Virus record (IMG/VR): IMGVR_UViG_3300021964_009400
Direction: 5' to 3' (one strand)
From: a virus
Lineage: Duplodnaviria; Caudoviricetes
Length of the DNA: 64,000 nucleotides
Below, piece after piece: positions 1-9,446 of the stretch. Below the pieces are notes generated by a model, which saw nothing but the letters and a program-made list of their open reading frames with translations, was not told the origin of the DNA and ran no database searches. Position numbers and translations under genes: made by a program. Position 1 is the stretch's first letter. Every line of letters begins with the position of its first letter.

Positions 1-441
1 AATCAAACAATACCTAGTTCTGATGCATCAACAGATGATATTAAAACACAAGCTGCACAATCAGCAGCTTCTGATTCATTAGGAGGAAAAACTCCAATAC
101 AAGCAACTAAAGAACAACAAAATAAATCAAATATGACTAAACAACAAGCAGAGTATATTCAAAATAAAAAAATAGAATATGGTCCAGATGTTAAAGTTGA
201 AGTTATACCACAAAATAGTTTACCAAAAGAGGCTGATGATTTTAGATATATAGGAAGAGGTACATTTAATCAGATATTTGTTAAAATAGAAGGACCATCT
301 CCATCAGGTAAAAATGCATATCAATTTGTTCAATTAAATGCAATGGGTTACCCATACATATTAACTGAAGGAATAGGAGAAACACCATCAAATCAATTAT
401 CTAAAAGTGATAGCTTATCAAATGCATTAGATAATTTATAA
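1..441 (+). CDS. 5'-truncated ORF, hypothetical; probably tail/baseplate-associated
   Basis: Frame 1 is open from base 1 through the track ORF (133..441). Function inferred only from its position before the LysM baseplate gene. Confidence 0.45.
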   Translation, partial: NQTIPSSDASTDDIKTQAAQSAASDSLGGKTPIQATKEQQNKSNMTKQQAEYIQNKKIEYGPDVKVEVIPQNSLPKEADDFRYIGRGTFNQIFVKIEGPSPSGKNAYQFVQLNAMGYPYILTEGIGETPSNQLSKSDSLSNALDNL

Positions 442-471
442 GGTACAGACTAATAAAAAATATAAAAAAAT

Positions 472-762
472 ATGTCAAGTAGATATCAAAATAATAGAAA
501 AAAACAATTGAAAGATGGTAAAACAGTCTTTCGTTCTAAAATTTATCCAAAAATACCAAAAAGAGATAATGATATTTATATCGTAACTCAAGGTGGGGAT
601 AGATTAGATACACTTGCAAATCAATTTTATAGTGATGTATCACTTTGGTGGATAATAGCAGCTGCAAATAATATCCATGATGCACCCTTTGCACTAACTG
701 AAGGAACTATATTAAGAATACCAATAGATAAAAATAAAATTTTAAACAATTTTTATAAATAG
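472..762 (+). CDS. LysM-domain baseplate wedge / tail-X-like protein (T4 gp53-like)
   Basis: GDRLDTLANQFYSDVSLWWIIAAANNI...GTILRIP is a typical phage baseplate LysM signature. Confidence 0.8.
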   Translation: MSSRYQNNRKKQLKDGKTVFRSKIYPKIPKRDNDIYIVTQGGDRLDTLANQFYSDVSLWWIIAAANNIHDAPFALTEGTILRIPIDKNKILNNFYK

Positions 763-764
763 TT

Positions 765-3665
765 ATGAGCTTTCCACAACTAGCAAATATCGATAAACGA
801 ATTTGGGATAGAATGACAGAAAGGGCAGGTAATAATGAACTCATGTCTAAAACTCAATCTTGGGTACGAGTCACCTCAACTTTAGGTAATTATTTAACAT
901 TAGAATCTTTACCTCAACAAGATAGTTTTGCAGAAAGATATGGTGATACAACTAAAAGTGGTAGAGTTGGTGTAGATAAAAACAATAAATCTATATATGC
1001 ATATAATGAAGATGGAACCGAAAATTCTATTAATCAAGAAATACAAGAAAGAGCATTTAGACCATCACCAATAATTAGTAGTTTAGAAGTATCTCAAGGT
1101 AATGAAGGATTAAGTAAAAAAGTAAATTTTACTATTACTGCATATACAAAAGGACAAGCAAATGCAATTATAGAACATTTCTTAGAACCAGGCGTACATT
1201 GTTTAGTTGAATTTGGATTTAATGAATCACAAAGTGTTAGACAAAAATGTGATTTAAGTGGTGATATCTGTAATGTAATAAAATACAAAAATATAGCATG
1301 GGTGCAACAAAAAAGAAGAAATTCAAATGGTACTTATGATGCTATGTTAGGAATTATTTCAGGTGGTAATACAAACTTTGGTGATGGTGAGAGTTATAAT
1401 ATAGAAGTAGAATGTACTTCAATTGGAGAGTTACCTGCATATTTACAACATCATAAAAATTTACAAACAAATGATTTATCTAGTTTAAAAATGTCAAGTA
1501 AACGATTTAATCCAGACGAGTTTGAACCAGACGCAGATTCGGATGAAACTCCCTCTGGAGAAGAAATCGGAAAGGCATTATTCAAACAAATGTATAATGA
1601 ATTACCAGGTCATAAACGAATTGGTAAGGTAAAAAATTTAATAAATGAACCTTGGGCAACTAACCCTGCTAACTTTGTTAATATAGATAGAGAATTAAGA
1701 AAAGAACTTACTGAAAATGTTAAAAAAGGTGCACTTGCTTTAACATCTAAAGAAAATCTAGAAACACTTCAAAATGAAATAACTGCAAATGAAAGTACTC
1801 AACTTGCACTTGCAAAAGATGGAGAAGAAGCTGCTCCGATACAAAAAGTACCTAACGATGATATTCGTGGTGATAATGCACTTTCATCTACTATTAAAGG
1901 TAAAATACCATCTGACCAACCTTTATTTTCAGATAGAAGGTATATTAGAGTTGCATTAGCTTTTACAATTATGGAAATGCAACCCAATACCACTAATACC
2001 ATACCTATTATATGTGAAGATGGTCAAACAGTATCACCATTATATATTAATTGGCAAGATACTATTTGTTCTGGTCACAGACATATGTATTCTATTGACC
2101 CTAATACATTATTGATTCCAAATCAACATCATCCAAGATTTAGAATCGAAGGTGCATTTCTTAAGCCTCAAAAGGTAAAAAATGAAAATGGTGAAGATGA
2201 AATTGTTGGATTTTCAAATCCAATACCTAATTTAATTTTAACAAAAGGAAATCCTCCAACATTCAACGAGGATGACGGTAATACAATAGTAGATATGCAT
2301 CCAGATTCACATGATATGAGTCCTGAAAAGTTTTCTCATTTTCCTAGTAATGATGCACTTGTATATAATGGTCAAAAAGATAGTGATGATAGTTTTGCAA
2401 TAACGGAAGCAGACGCAAATACTTGGGGATATTTAAGAAATCTTTATATTGATTTTGATTTTTTTATAAATACGATTAATCAAACTGGTTATTTAACAAA
2501 AGATGTTATGTACACTCTTTTAAATGGTTTATCTAATGGTGTAAATAAAATGTGGGAGTTTCAAATAGTTGAAAAACAATCTATTGATTATAATAATTCA
2601 AAGAAAACAAATGGAAATCAAAACGACCCATTTTATCAATGGTATGTTAAAAATAATAGAGGTTGTACAGAAAATACTGCACCAGCACCTGGTCAAGAAG
2701 AATTACATATTGTTGATTTAAGATTTTTTGGTAAAACTTCAGTAGTACCAAAGTTTGGTGTTGCACAATTTCAATCAAGAGGTACAAAATCACCATTTTT
2801 ATCTGCTAATTTAAAGTTTGATATTCCTGCATCAATGAAAGGACAAGTGATTGGCCAACGCAAGAAAAATTCAAATATGGATAATCCAAATCAAGAACAA
2901 ACTGTAAAAAATTATAAAGCAAATAATAAAGATGAAAAAGGTTTGTTTTCTAAATTAATAGATGCTCTTGCTGAAAAGATTTACGCTTTCCAAAAAGATG
3001 AAGAAGAAAGGGTTGACGAGTTTAATAAACAAAAACAAGAGTTAATAGATAAAGGACAAATTCAAAGTGATGAGGATTATAACAAAAAAGTAGAAGATGC
3101 TGATTTGACTGGGGCGGCATATGTATGGGACAAACTTAAATCTGGATATAAAGCCACAAAAAATGTTTTTTTTGAAGAAGAAGATGTTAAAGAAGTAAGG
3201 AACGCAAATTATGAATTAGTTTTAAATAACGCAACAGTAGTTCCAGGTACACAAAATAGAAAAGATAACATAGATTTAATTACAGGTACCTTTGATTTAT
3301 ATACATCAAATAATACAACTTTAGATAAAATTGCTAAAGTTATTTCTTGGAAAGATACTGAACTTTTAAAAACAATCAGAAAATGGGATAATCTATTTCA
3401 ATTTGGAAAAGATGGTTCACCGATGAATGATGTTCCATTACCTATTGAATTTGATTTTGAAGTACCTGGTGTGAGTGGGTTTAAACTTGGAGATACATTT
3501 ACAATTACAGATTTACCAAAATATAATACTAAATTCTTTCAAGTAGTAGAAGTTGGACATACTATTGAACAAAGTATTTGGAAAACAAAAATAAGAGCAA
3601 AATTAAGAAACCAAGAAGCAGATTTAGATGGTAAATTAAAATACTATGAAGATAAAATAAATTAA
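765..3665 (+). CDS. Large baseplate hub / tail-associated protein
   Basis: 966 aa, follows the LysM gene; C-terminal IEFDFEVPGVSGFKLGDTFTI...FQVVEVGHTIEQSIWKTKI resembles hub (gp27/GpD-like) C-termini. Confidence 0.55.
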   Translation: MSFPQLANIDKRIWDRMTERAGNNELMSKTQSWVRVTSTLGNYLTLESLPQQDSFAERYGDTTKSGRVGVDKNNKSIYAYNEDGTENSINQEIQERAFRPSPIISSLEVSQGNEGLSKKVNFTITAYTKGQANAIIEHFLEPGVHCLVEFGFNESQSVRQKCDLSGDICNVIKYKNIAWVQQKRRNSNGTYDAMLGIISGGNTNFGDGESYNIEVECTSIGELPAYLQHHKNLQTNDLSSLKMSSKRFNPDEFEPDADSDETPSGEEIGKALFKQMYNELPGHKRIGKVKNLINEPWATNPANFVNIDRELRKELTENVKKGALALTSKENLETLQNEITANESTQLALAKDGEEAAPIQKVPNDDIRGDNALSSTIKGKIPSDQPLFSDRRYIRVALAFTIMEMQPNTTNTIPIICEDGQTVSPLYINWQDTICSGHRHMYSIDPNTLLIPNQHHPRFRIEGAFLKPQKVKNENGEDEIVGFSNPIPNLILTKGNPPTFNEDDGNTIVDMHPDSHDMSPEKFSHFPSNDALVYNGQKDSDDSFAITEADANTWGYLRNLYIDFDFFINTINQTGYLTKDVMYTLLNGLSNGVNKMWEFQIVEKQSIDYNNSKKTNGNQNDPFYQWYVKNNRGCTENTAPAPGQEELHIVDLRFFGKTSVVPKFGVAQFQSRGTKSPFLSANLKFDIPASMKGQVIGQRKKNSNMDNPNQEQTVKNYKANNKDEKGLFSKLIDALAEKIYAFQKDEEERVDEFNKQKQELIDKGQIQSDEDYNKKVEDADLTGAAYVWDKLKSGYKATKNVFFEEEDVKEVRNANYELVLNNATVVPGTQNRKDNIDLITGTFDLYTSNNTTLDKIAKVISWKDTELLKTIRKWDNLFQFGKDGSPMNDVPLPIEFDFEVPGVSGFKLGDTFTITDLPKYNTKFFQVVEVGHTIEQSIWKTKIRAKLRNQEADLDGKLKYYEDKIN

Positions 3666-3668
3666 AAA

Positions 3669-4055
3669 ATGAGTGTTAGTAGATATAATAGAATAACAAG
3701 AGAAATTTTTGATTCAAATATCAAATTTAAAACTCATATACCTAGACCTACTGATAAAGATTATAAGGCAGGGTATATAAGAAGATACTTTGCTCAAAGA
3801 ACAAATGATAAAAGTTCTCCAATATTTGAAATTGATAAGTTTGTATTTGAAAAATTAAAAAGTACAGTATCATATCAAGTAATTAGTTTAAGATGGAGAA
3901 TATCAGGTTCTAAAATTCCTAAATATGATTTCGATGGAAATCAAATTGATAAAGGGGTTGGAAATTCAAATAGTATTACAATAAAAAACAAATCACATCT
4001 AATACCAAATTTAAAATTGTACTTACCAAATTTATTACAATTTTATAAAATGTAA
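3669..4055 (+). CDS. Hypothetical protein
   Basis: 128 aa ORF closely spaced in the structural module. Confidence 0.6.
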   Translation: MSVSRYNRITREIFDSNIKFKTHIPRPTDKDYKAGYIRRYFAQRTNDKSSPIFEIDKFVFEKLKSTVSYQVISLRWRISGSKIPKYDFDGNQIDKGVGNSNSITIKNKSHLIPNLKLYLPNLLQFYKM

Positions 4056-4077
4056 ATATTTATTATAAAACAAAGTT

Positions 4078-4833
4078 ATGTCACATCTTACCGATTTAGA
4101 AAAACAACAATTACAATTTGATTGGAGATACAAAGGAGTATCAGTTTTAAATTTACTAACAGATGCAGAAGTAGATTTATATTCTAAAGAATTAGAAAAA
4201 ATTAGAATCCAAAGACAAGAAAATGATACAGAAGGTGAATGGGGTGAATATGACCCATTTATGTATCCACATAAAGAATCTGAATTACTTACTGATTTAA
4301 TGAAACATCCAAAAATTATCGAAGCATGTGAGTTTCTTATGGATTCTAAAATATTTGGTGTACAAACTTGGGCATACTTTAAACCACCAGGTCAATTAGG
4401 AAGAGACCAACATCAAAATATATTTTATACACAATGTAAATCAAACGAAATAATCAATGTTTCTATTGCATTAGATAATCATGACCCAGATAATGGTTCT
4501 GTTTGGTATTTAGAAGGTTCACATAGATTAGGTAGATTACCAATAGAAGTGGATGAAGAAAGAGTAGGTTCAAATCCAAAAAATTGGAGAAATGAAAGAG
4601 GTAAACCTTGTGTATTGCCAGAGGACCATAACTTTCCACATATAAATGGATATTTAAGAAGAGGACAAATTGCACTACTTCATTCAAATGTAGTACATGG
4701 TTCAGAAGCAAATACATCTGATAGATTTAGAAAAGCATTTTTAACTGGTTATATTAAAGAAGGTGCAAACTTCGCATCTGGTAAGCACATGAAAAGAGAA
4801 CCAATTGATGTAGGTTCAGCAAAAATTTCTTAA
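4078..4833 (+). CDS. PhyH-family Fe(II)/2-oxoglutarate dioxygenase
   Basis: FKPPG..GRDQHQN, VSIALDNHDPDNGSVWYLEGSH and HSNVVHGSEANTSDRFRKA match the PhyH pattern; first triad reads H-Q-N. Confidence 0.85.
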   Translation: MSHLTDLEKQQLQFDWRYKGVSVLNLLTDAEVDLYSKELEKIRIQRQENDTEGEWGEYDPFMYPHKESELLTDLMKHPKIIEACEFLMDSKIFGVQTWAYFKPPGQLGRDQHQNIFYTQCKSNEIINVSIALDNHDPDNGSVWYLEGSHRLGRLPIEVDEERVGSNPKNWRNERGKPCVLPEDHNFPHINGYLRRGQIALLHSNVVHGSEANTSDRFRKAFLTGYIKEGANFASGKHMKREPIDVGSAKIS

Positions 4834-4854
4834 AAAAATGTAAAAATAATTAAG

Positions 4855-4892
4855 AAAAGCCATTGTAGTCTCGGCTTTTTTTCGTAGCTTTA
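4855..4892 (+). promoter_or_regulatory. Early-type promoter cassette, copy 1
   Basis: AAAAGCCATTGTAGTCTC-GGCTTTTTTTCG-TAGCTTTA; TTG plus TAnnTTTA with 19-nt spacer; repeated at 5478, 13155, 14775. Confidence 0.75.
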
Positions 4893-4918
4893 GGGTATAA
4901 TTAATAAACCTTAAAACT

Positions 4919-5245
4919 ATGAAAAATTTAGACAAAAACACTTCAGTAAATTTATTGAAACAAGAAGATAACTTTAGATGGTTATCATGTAATGGAACTA
5001 AATTCAAGCAAGAACTACAATCTTGGGAATCTAAAGACCAAATGATGTGGATTACTTTTGCAGATAATAATTTTGAAAACAAATGGTTCAGATTAGAAAC
5101 TGAAGATTTGGGTTGGATTGAATGGAATGAAGATAATTCAAACGCAATCATGGATATTTGTAGAGAAGAATTCTCTAATGAGAAATGGGGAATTTCTAAT
5201 ACTTCACAAATGTTGATGGGTAACGCAATGAGAGATAACTTTTAA
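4919..5245 (+). CDS. Hypothetical early protein
   Basis: 108 aa ORF directly behind cassette 1. Confidence 0.7.
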   Translation: MKNLDKNTSVNLLKQEDNFRWLSCNGTKFKQELQSWESKDQMMWITFADNNFENKWFRLETEDLGWIEWNEDNSNAIMDICREEFSNEKWGISNTSQMLMGNAMRDNF

Positions 5246-5255
5246 AATATAAAAT

Positions 5256-5456
5256 ATGAATATAGATTACAAAAAAATTACAAATGTAGAAATCGAAGAT
5301 ATATTTAGATTCGATTATCCTGATTTCTGTGATGCATTTATTACCGCAGCAGATTACGATGGTAAACCAATGAGTGAAGAAATGATTGATTATTTAAATG
5401 AAAATGATAATGGATTCATTGGTGAAACGATTTTTGATAAACAATTATATTTGTAA
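5256..5456 (+). CDS. Hypothetical acidic protein
   Basis: 66 aa ORF with A-rich leader. Confidence 0.65.
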   Translation: MNIDYKKITNVEIEDIFRFDYPDFCDAFITAADYDGKPMSEEMIDYLNENDNGFIGETIFDKQLYL

Positions 5457-5477
5457 AAAAATGCAAAAATAATTGAA

Positions 5478-5515
5478 AAAAGCCATTGTAGTCTCGGCTT
5501 TTTTTCGTATATTTA
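5478..5515 (+). promoter_or_regulatory. Early-type promoter cassette, copy 2
   Basis: AAAAGCCATTGTAGTCTCGGCTTTTTTTCGTATATTTA. Confidence 0.75.
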
Positions 5516-5562
5516 CTATGTAAATGAGTGATAATAAAAGTAAAAATTTAAACCTTAAAACT

Positions 5563-6174
5563 ATGAATAAAAAAGTAAAAATTTCAATTAAACACAATGA
5601 GTTCCTAATCCCTTCTGACTCAATCAGATATGATGAGTATAACAATAACGAACCTTATGTTTATATGAGAGCGAAGTTAGCCGCTTCAATAATCAAACAA
5701 TTTGTTAAAAATAAATACCCTAACTTAGTATGTTCAGCTACCTCTGATGTGTATAGTGGTGGTTCTTCTGTCAGAGTGAATGTGTGTAACAAAAATGGTT
5801 CTAAAGTTGATGAATCAATTTTTCACAATATTTCTGAATGGAAACACATTTTACAAGGTGGTTCTTTTGATGGTATGTATGACATATACAATTATAGAGA
5901 AGATTCTCCAACAACAGATGCCGGAACTCCTATGAAGTATTTCCCATCTTATGTATTCATTGAGAACAAACCAAATTGGGGTTCTAAAGAATATTGGATG
6001 AACGAGTGGAATGAGTGGTGTAGAATCACAGATTACAATTACACTATGACTGATAATCAAAAAGAATGGGTTGATAATGTAGTAAACAAATACGGTGGTT
6101 GGTTAGGATACAACAAACAATTTATGAGTAAATCAGTTCTTAAAAATATTGACTCAATTATGGGTTGTATTTAA
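5563..6174 (+). CDS. LPD29-like (large polyvalent protein-associated domain) protein
   Basis: YSGGSSVRVNV...GGSFDGMYDIYNY resembles LPD29. Start moved from 5524 to 5563 because the leader AAACCTTAAAACTATG is identical to that of the 4919 ORF. Confidence 0.55.
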   Translation: MNKKVKISIKHNEFLIPSDSIRYDEYNNNEPYVYMRAKLAASIIKQFVKNKYPNLVCSATSDVYSGGSSVRVNVCNKNGSKVDESIFHNISEWKHILQGGSFDGMYDIYNYREDSPTTDAGTPMKYFPSYVFIENKPNWGSKEYWMNEWNEWCRITDYNYTMTDNQKEWVDNVVNKYGGWLGYNKQFMSKSVLKNIDSIMGCI

Positions 6175-6184
6175 AATATAAAAT

Positions 6185-6421
6185 ATGAGAATAGGATATA
6201 AAAAATTTAAAGAAATTAAAAAATGGTATGGTTCTTCCAATTTTGAAATTGGATATGATACAGATTCATTAACCCTTAGATTTGGTTATTGGAAACAAGT
6301 TAATTTAAATGGTTTGAAAAAAATATTACCTGACTATTTCACAATAACTGAAAATCTTGTAGATGATGATGATTGTGGAGAACTTTACAATTATACAATA
6401 AAAAGAGAATATAACATTTAA
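6185..6421 (+). CDS. Hypothetical protein
   Basis: 78 aa ORF, operon spacing. Confidence 0.6.
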   Translation: MRIGYKKFKEIKKWYGSSNFEIGYDTDSLTLRFGYWKQVNLNGLKKILPDYFTITENLVDDDDCGELYNYTIKREYNI

Positions 6422-6432
6422 AATTTAAAATT

Positions 6433-6999
6433 ATGGGAGTAGATGTTTCGGGTAAAAACCCAATAATTCGTTCACCAAAACCAGAAACTCCAAACTGGCA
6501 AACTGCAAGTGAAGAAGAAAAAGAAAAATACTTTAAATTAGATTCAAAGTGGAATAAAGAAAATCCTGGTGATTACTTTAGAAGTAATTGGTGGGGTTGG
6601 AGACCATTATCACAATTATGTAAAACCGTAGATTCAATACATAATCTTGATATTGATTTTTCATATTGGGGTTCTAATGATGGTAGAGGTTTAGAAACTC
6701 AAGAAGAATGTACCAAACTTGCAGATGCATTAGAATCATTTATATCTAAAATTGATTTTGAAGATGATGAAGATTGGTTTGGAATTTACACAGGTTCTTG
6801 GTCAACCTTAGATGGTGGATTTGTAGATGATAAAATCACAAATAAATTAGATGAACAATATCAATGGGGTGATGTTATCAGACAATCAATTATGACTGAT
6901 AGTGGTACAGTTGTAACACCTTCACATAGAGTTTACAAAGGACATATAGATAGATTTATTTCATTCCTTAGAGAATGTGGTGGATTTGAAATTTGGTAA
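6433..6999 (+). CDS. Hypothetical phage protein
   Basis: 188 aa; YFRSNWWGWRPL motif near N-terminus; ends FLRECGGFEIW. Confidence 0.7.
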   Translation: MGVDVSGKNPIIRSPKPETPNWQTASEEEKEKYFKLDSKWNKENPGDYFRSNWWGWRPLSQLCKTVDSIHNLDIDFSYWGSNDGRGLETQEECTKLADALESFISKIDFEDDEDWFGIYTGSWSTLDGGFVDDKITNKLDEQYQWGDVIRQSIMTDSGTVVTPSHRVYKGHIDRFISFLRECGGFEIW

Positions 7000-7023
7000 A
7001 TTCAAAAAAAATTCGTATATTTG
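6992..7023 (+). promoter_or_regulatory. Bacteroidota sigma70-type promoter
   Basis: TTTG (6992-6995), 20-nt spacer, TATATTTG (7016-7023). Confidence 0.75.
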
Positions 7024-7041
7024 CAAAAAAAAATAATAAAA

Positions 7042-7179
7042 GTGGTAAAATCAGATTTAAAAGAATTAGATGGTATGTATTATGTAGGACACCTCATTGA
7101 TATAGATGGTAGTGGTTATGTAGATGAGGAAACTGCAGAACTAATCCTATTAGAATATAATGCAGGAGTTGCTGAATGA
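7042..7179 (+). CDS. Small acidic hypothetical protein (45 aa, not in ORF track)
   Basis: GTG start, MVKSDLKELDGMYYVGHLIDIDGSGYVDEETAELILLEYNAGVAE; its TGA overlaps the polymerase ATG (ATGA). Confidence 0.55.
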   Translation: MVKSDLKELDGMYYVGHLIDIDGSGYVDEETAELILLEYNAGVAE

Positions 7180-8483
7180 TAATAGTAGAAACTAATAAAG
7201 AGAAAGAACAATTTCTCGAATATTGGAATAACGAACAATCAACGATTATTCCAATTTGGGAAGATTTGGAAAGACATCCTATGAATAATGGGTTGTCCTT
7301 TCTTTATATTGCCTTTTCCCAAGAACATTTTATCTTACCGTTTAATCACAATGATTGTGAAAAATTAGAAATAGATTTATCAACCTCGAATCAAATGAAG
7401 TTTTGTTGGAATAAAAAAGGATTACTACAAGCAAAACTCAATATAACCAACCTCAAAGATGTACAATCATCTTTATTCTTTAATAAGAATGAATTATATC
7501 CTTTCTATGAGAAAATAGAGGTTCTAACGAACTTTTACCATAGATTGGGTATAAGAGATGATTTAGGTAAATCAATCCCTATAATGAAGTGGGGTGAGGT
7601 TCTACGAGAGATTGTTGGTGAATGGGGAGATATTTCTCCTTCACATCCAAATTATCTTAGAGAATTCCTTAAAGATAATACAACTTGGATTGATGATACG
7701 ATGATTCCTATCCTTTCAGATTTAGAACAAAGTGGTTTGGGGGTCGATAGGAAAAAATTTATTGATAGATGGCCTCAAAACTTAAAACACATTTACCTAC
7801 ATCCACAAGGAGATGTTGTTTATACCGAATATAATCCTTACACAATAACAAGTAGACCTTCAAACAGACATGGTGGTGTTAACTTCTCTGCTCTTAACAA
7901 AAAAGATGGTTCACGAGAATGTTTTATTCCACCCGAAGATTCTCTATTCTTACAATTTGATTACGATGCATACCATGTACGAATTATTGGTAAGTTGATT
8001 GGATATGATTTACCCGATACTTCGGTTCACCAATGGTTGGCAGACCAATATGGTTGTGATTATGATGAAAGTAAAGGAAGAACCTTTAGAATCCTTTATG
8101 GTGGTGTAAGTGATGAAGATAGAAAAATCCCATTCTTTGATAAGGTGGATAAGTTTATACAATCCTTAAATGATAAAGCACTTCAAAATGGATATATTCA
8201 AACTCCAAAAGGAAGAAAAATCCCATTAAGTTGGATTGAAAAACCCAATTCACAAAAGTTATTCAATTATTTACTACAAGCAACCGAAACCGAGTTCAAT
8301 ATCGAGGCGATGAAAAAGTTGAAAGAAAACGACCTACCCCTACCTATCCTTTACACATACGATAGTTTTTTATTTGAGTTCGATAATTCTGAGGTTGATA
8401 CTATTAAAAAGGTTAAGTCCGTCCTTGAAAGTTTTGGATTTCCTGTCAAAGCAGATTGGGGTAAGGATTACTCAAAAATCTAA
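7176..8483 (+). CDS. Compact family A DNA polymerase (Pol I-like)
   Basis: YTITSRPSN, motif A QFDYDAYHVR, motif B SKGRTFRILYG, motif C LYTYDSFLFE; no 5'-3' exonuclease domain. Confidence 0.8.
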   Translation: MIIVETNKEKEQFLEYWNNEQSTIIPIWEDLERHPMNNGLSFLYIAFSQEHFILPFNHNDCEKLEIDLSTSNQMKFCWNKKGLLQAKLNITNLKDVQSSLFFNKNELYPFYEKIEVLTNFYHRLGIRDDLGKSIPIMKWGEVLREIVGEWGDISPSHPNYLREFLKDNTTWIDDTMIPILSDLEQSGLGVDRKKFIDRWPQNLKHIYLHPQGDVVYTEYNPYTITSRPSNRHGGVNFSALNKKDGSRECFIPPEDSLFLQFDYDAYHVRIIGKLIGYDLPDTSVHQWLADQYGCDYDESKGRTFRILYGGVSDEDRKIPFFDKVDKFIQSLNDKALQNGYIQTPKGRKIPLSWIEKPNSQKLFNYLLQATETEFNIEAMKKLKENDLPLPILYTYDSFLFEFDNSEVDTIKKVKSVLESFGFPVKADWGKDYSKI

Positions 8484-8491
8484 TATTTATA
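8483..8491 (+). promoter_or_regulatory. Putative phage (late-type) promoter motif ATAYTTATA
   Basis: ATATTTATA in the gap before the nuclease; recurs in at least 7 other intergenic gaps. Confidence 0.45.
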
Positions 8492-8517
8492 TATACATTA
8501 AAAAAAGAAGTAAAATT

Positions 8518-9129
8518 ATGAAATTATTTAAAATATTACTGCTATCACTTGTATTAGTTGGATGTGAAGCAGAAGAAATTGTTGCACAAGAAAAAAGAAC
8601 AGAAGTGATTATTGAAAACCAAGTTTTTAAAGTTTGGTACAATGAAGTAAAAGAACAACCAGAAAAATTGATTTATACATCTACTAATAGACCAAAGAAT
8701 GTAGATAGAGGTTCAATGAACTTTTACACAGAAAGTGAAGTTTATACTTCTAACAATGCAGATTACTATAATAATATATGGGATAAAGGACATCTTGCAC
8801 CAGCTGCAACTTATTCTGATTCTATGGTAAATCTAAAACAAACTTTTTCATTTTTAAATTGTGCTCTACAAGAACAAAACCTAAACAGAGGTGAGTGGAG
8901 ATTATTAGAAGAACAAGAAAGAGAATGGGATGATGAACAAAATCTTACAATCACAGTTGAATTAGTTTGGGATGAGGGATTTGAAATTCTACCGACAGGT
9001 GGTCATATTCCAACTGATATGATAAAACACATTTACTTTGAAAAAGATGGTGAATGGAGATGTTTTGAATTTGAGAATGTAAAACCAACTAAAGGTTGGG
9101 AAGAACACGAAGTAACCCATTCTCATTAA
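8518..9129 (+). CDS. DNA/RNA non-specific endonuclease (NucA/Serratia-type His-Me finger), lipoprotein
   Basis: DKGHLAPA, TFSFLNCALQ..NLNRGEW. True start 8518 gives MKLFKILLLSLVLVG-C, a signal peptidase II lipobox; the track start at 8374 overlaps the polymerase. Confidence 0.85.
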   Translation: MKLFKILLLSLVLVGCEAEEIVAQEKRTEVIIENQVFKVWYNEVKEQPEKLIYTSTNRPKNVDRGSMNFYTESEVYTSNNADYYNNIWDKGHLAPAATYSDSMVNLKQTFSFLNCALQEQNLNRGEWRLLEEQEREWDDEQNLTITVELVWDEGFEILPTGGHIPTDMIKHIYFEKDGEWRCFEFENVKPTKGWEEHEVTHSH

Positions 9130-9137
9130 TACTTATA
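9129..9137 (+). promoter_or_regulatory. Putative late-type promoter motif
   Basis: ATACTTATA upstream of 9157. Confidence 0.4.
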
Positions 9138-9156
9138 GTAAAGAGGAGATTTAATT

Positions 9157-9444
9157 ATGGCTTTCAACTTTCCTGATGGAGCATCAAGTGGACAAACCCA
9201 TACTGCAAGTAATGGTACGGTTTATCGTTATAATGGAACAACATGGATAGTTGATTCTGCGGCTACTACGACAACTTTTGATTCAAAATATTTAAACACA
9301 GATGGAGATGGAATCATAAGTGGTTCATCTCAATTAGATGGATTTGTAAGTTCATCTTCTACTAATATTATAGAAGTAATAACATCTGCATCTTATGCAG
9401 GAATTACACCAGTTAGTGGTACATTATATATCATACAAGGATAA
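9157..9444 (+). CDS. Small tail-fibre-like / virion protein
   Basis: MAFNFP..ASSGQTHTASNGTVYRYNGTTW and Ser/Thr/Gly richness are typical of fibre-associated repeats. Confidence 0.5.
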   Translation: MAFNFPDGASSGQTHTASNGTVYRYNGTTWIVDSAATTTTFDSKYLNTDGDGIISGSSQLDGFVSSSSTNIIEVITSASYAGITPVSGTLYIIQG

Positions 9445-9446
9445 CA

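Noticed and set aside
8374-8517. Track start sites at 8374, 5524, 13839, 18803, 45262, 55516, 57133 and 60538
   Set aside because: They overlap upstream genes extensively or precede a better start; downstream in-frame ATGs give stop/start coupling, a shared leader or a proper signal peptide.
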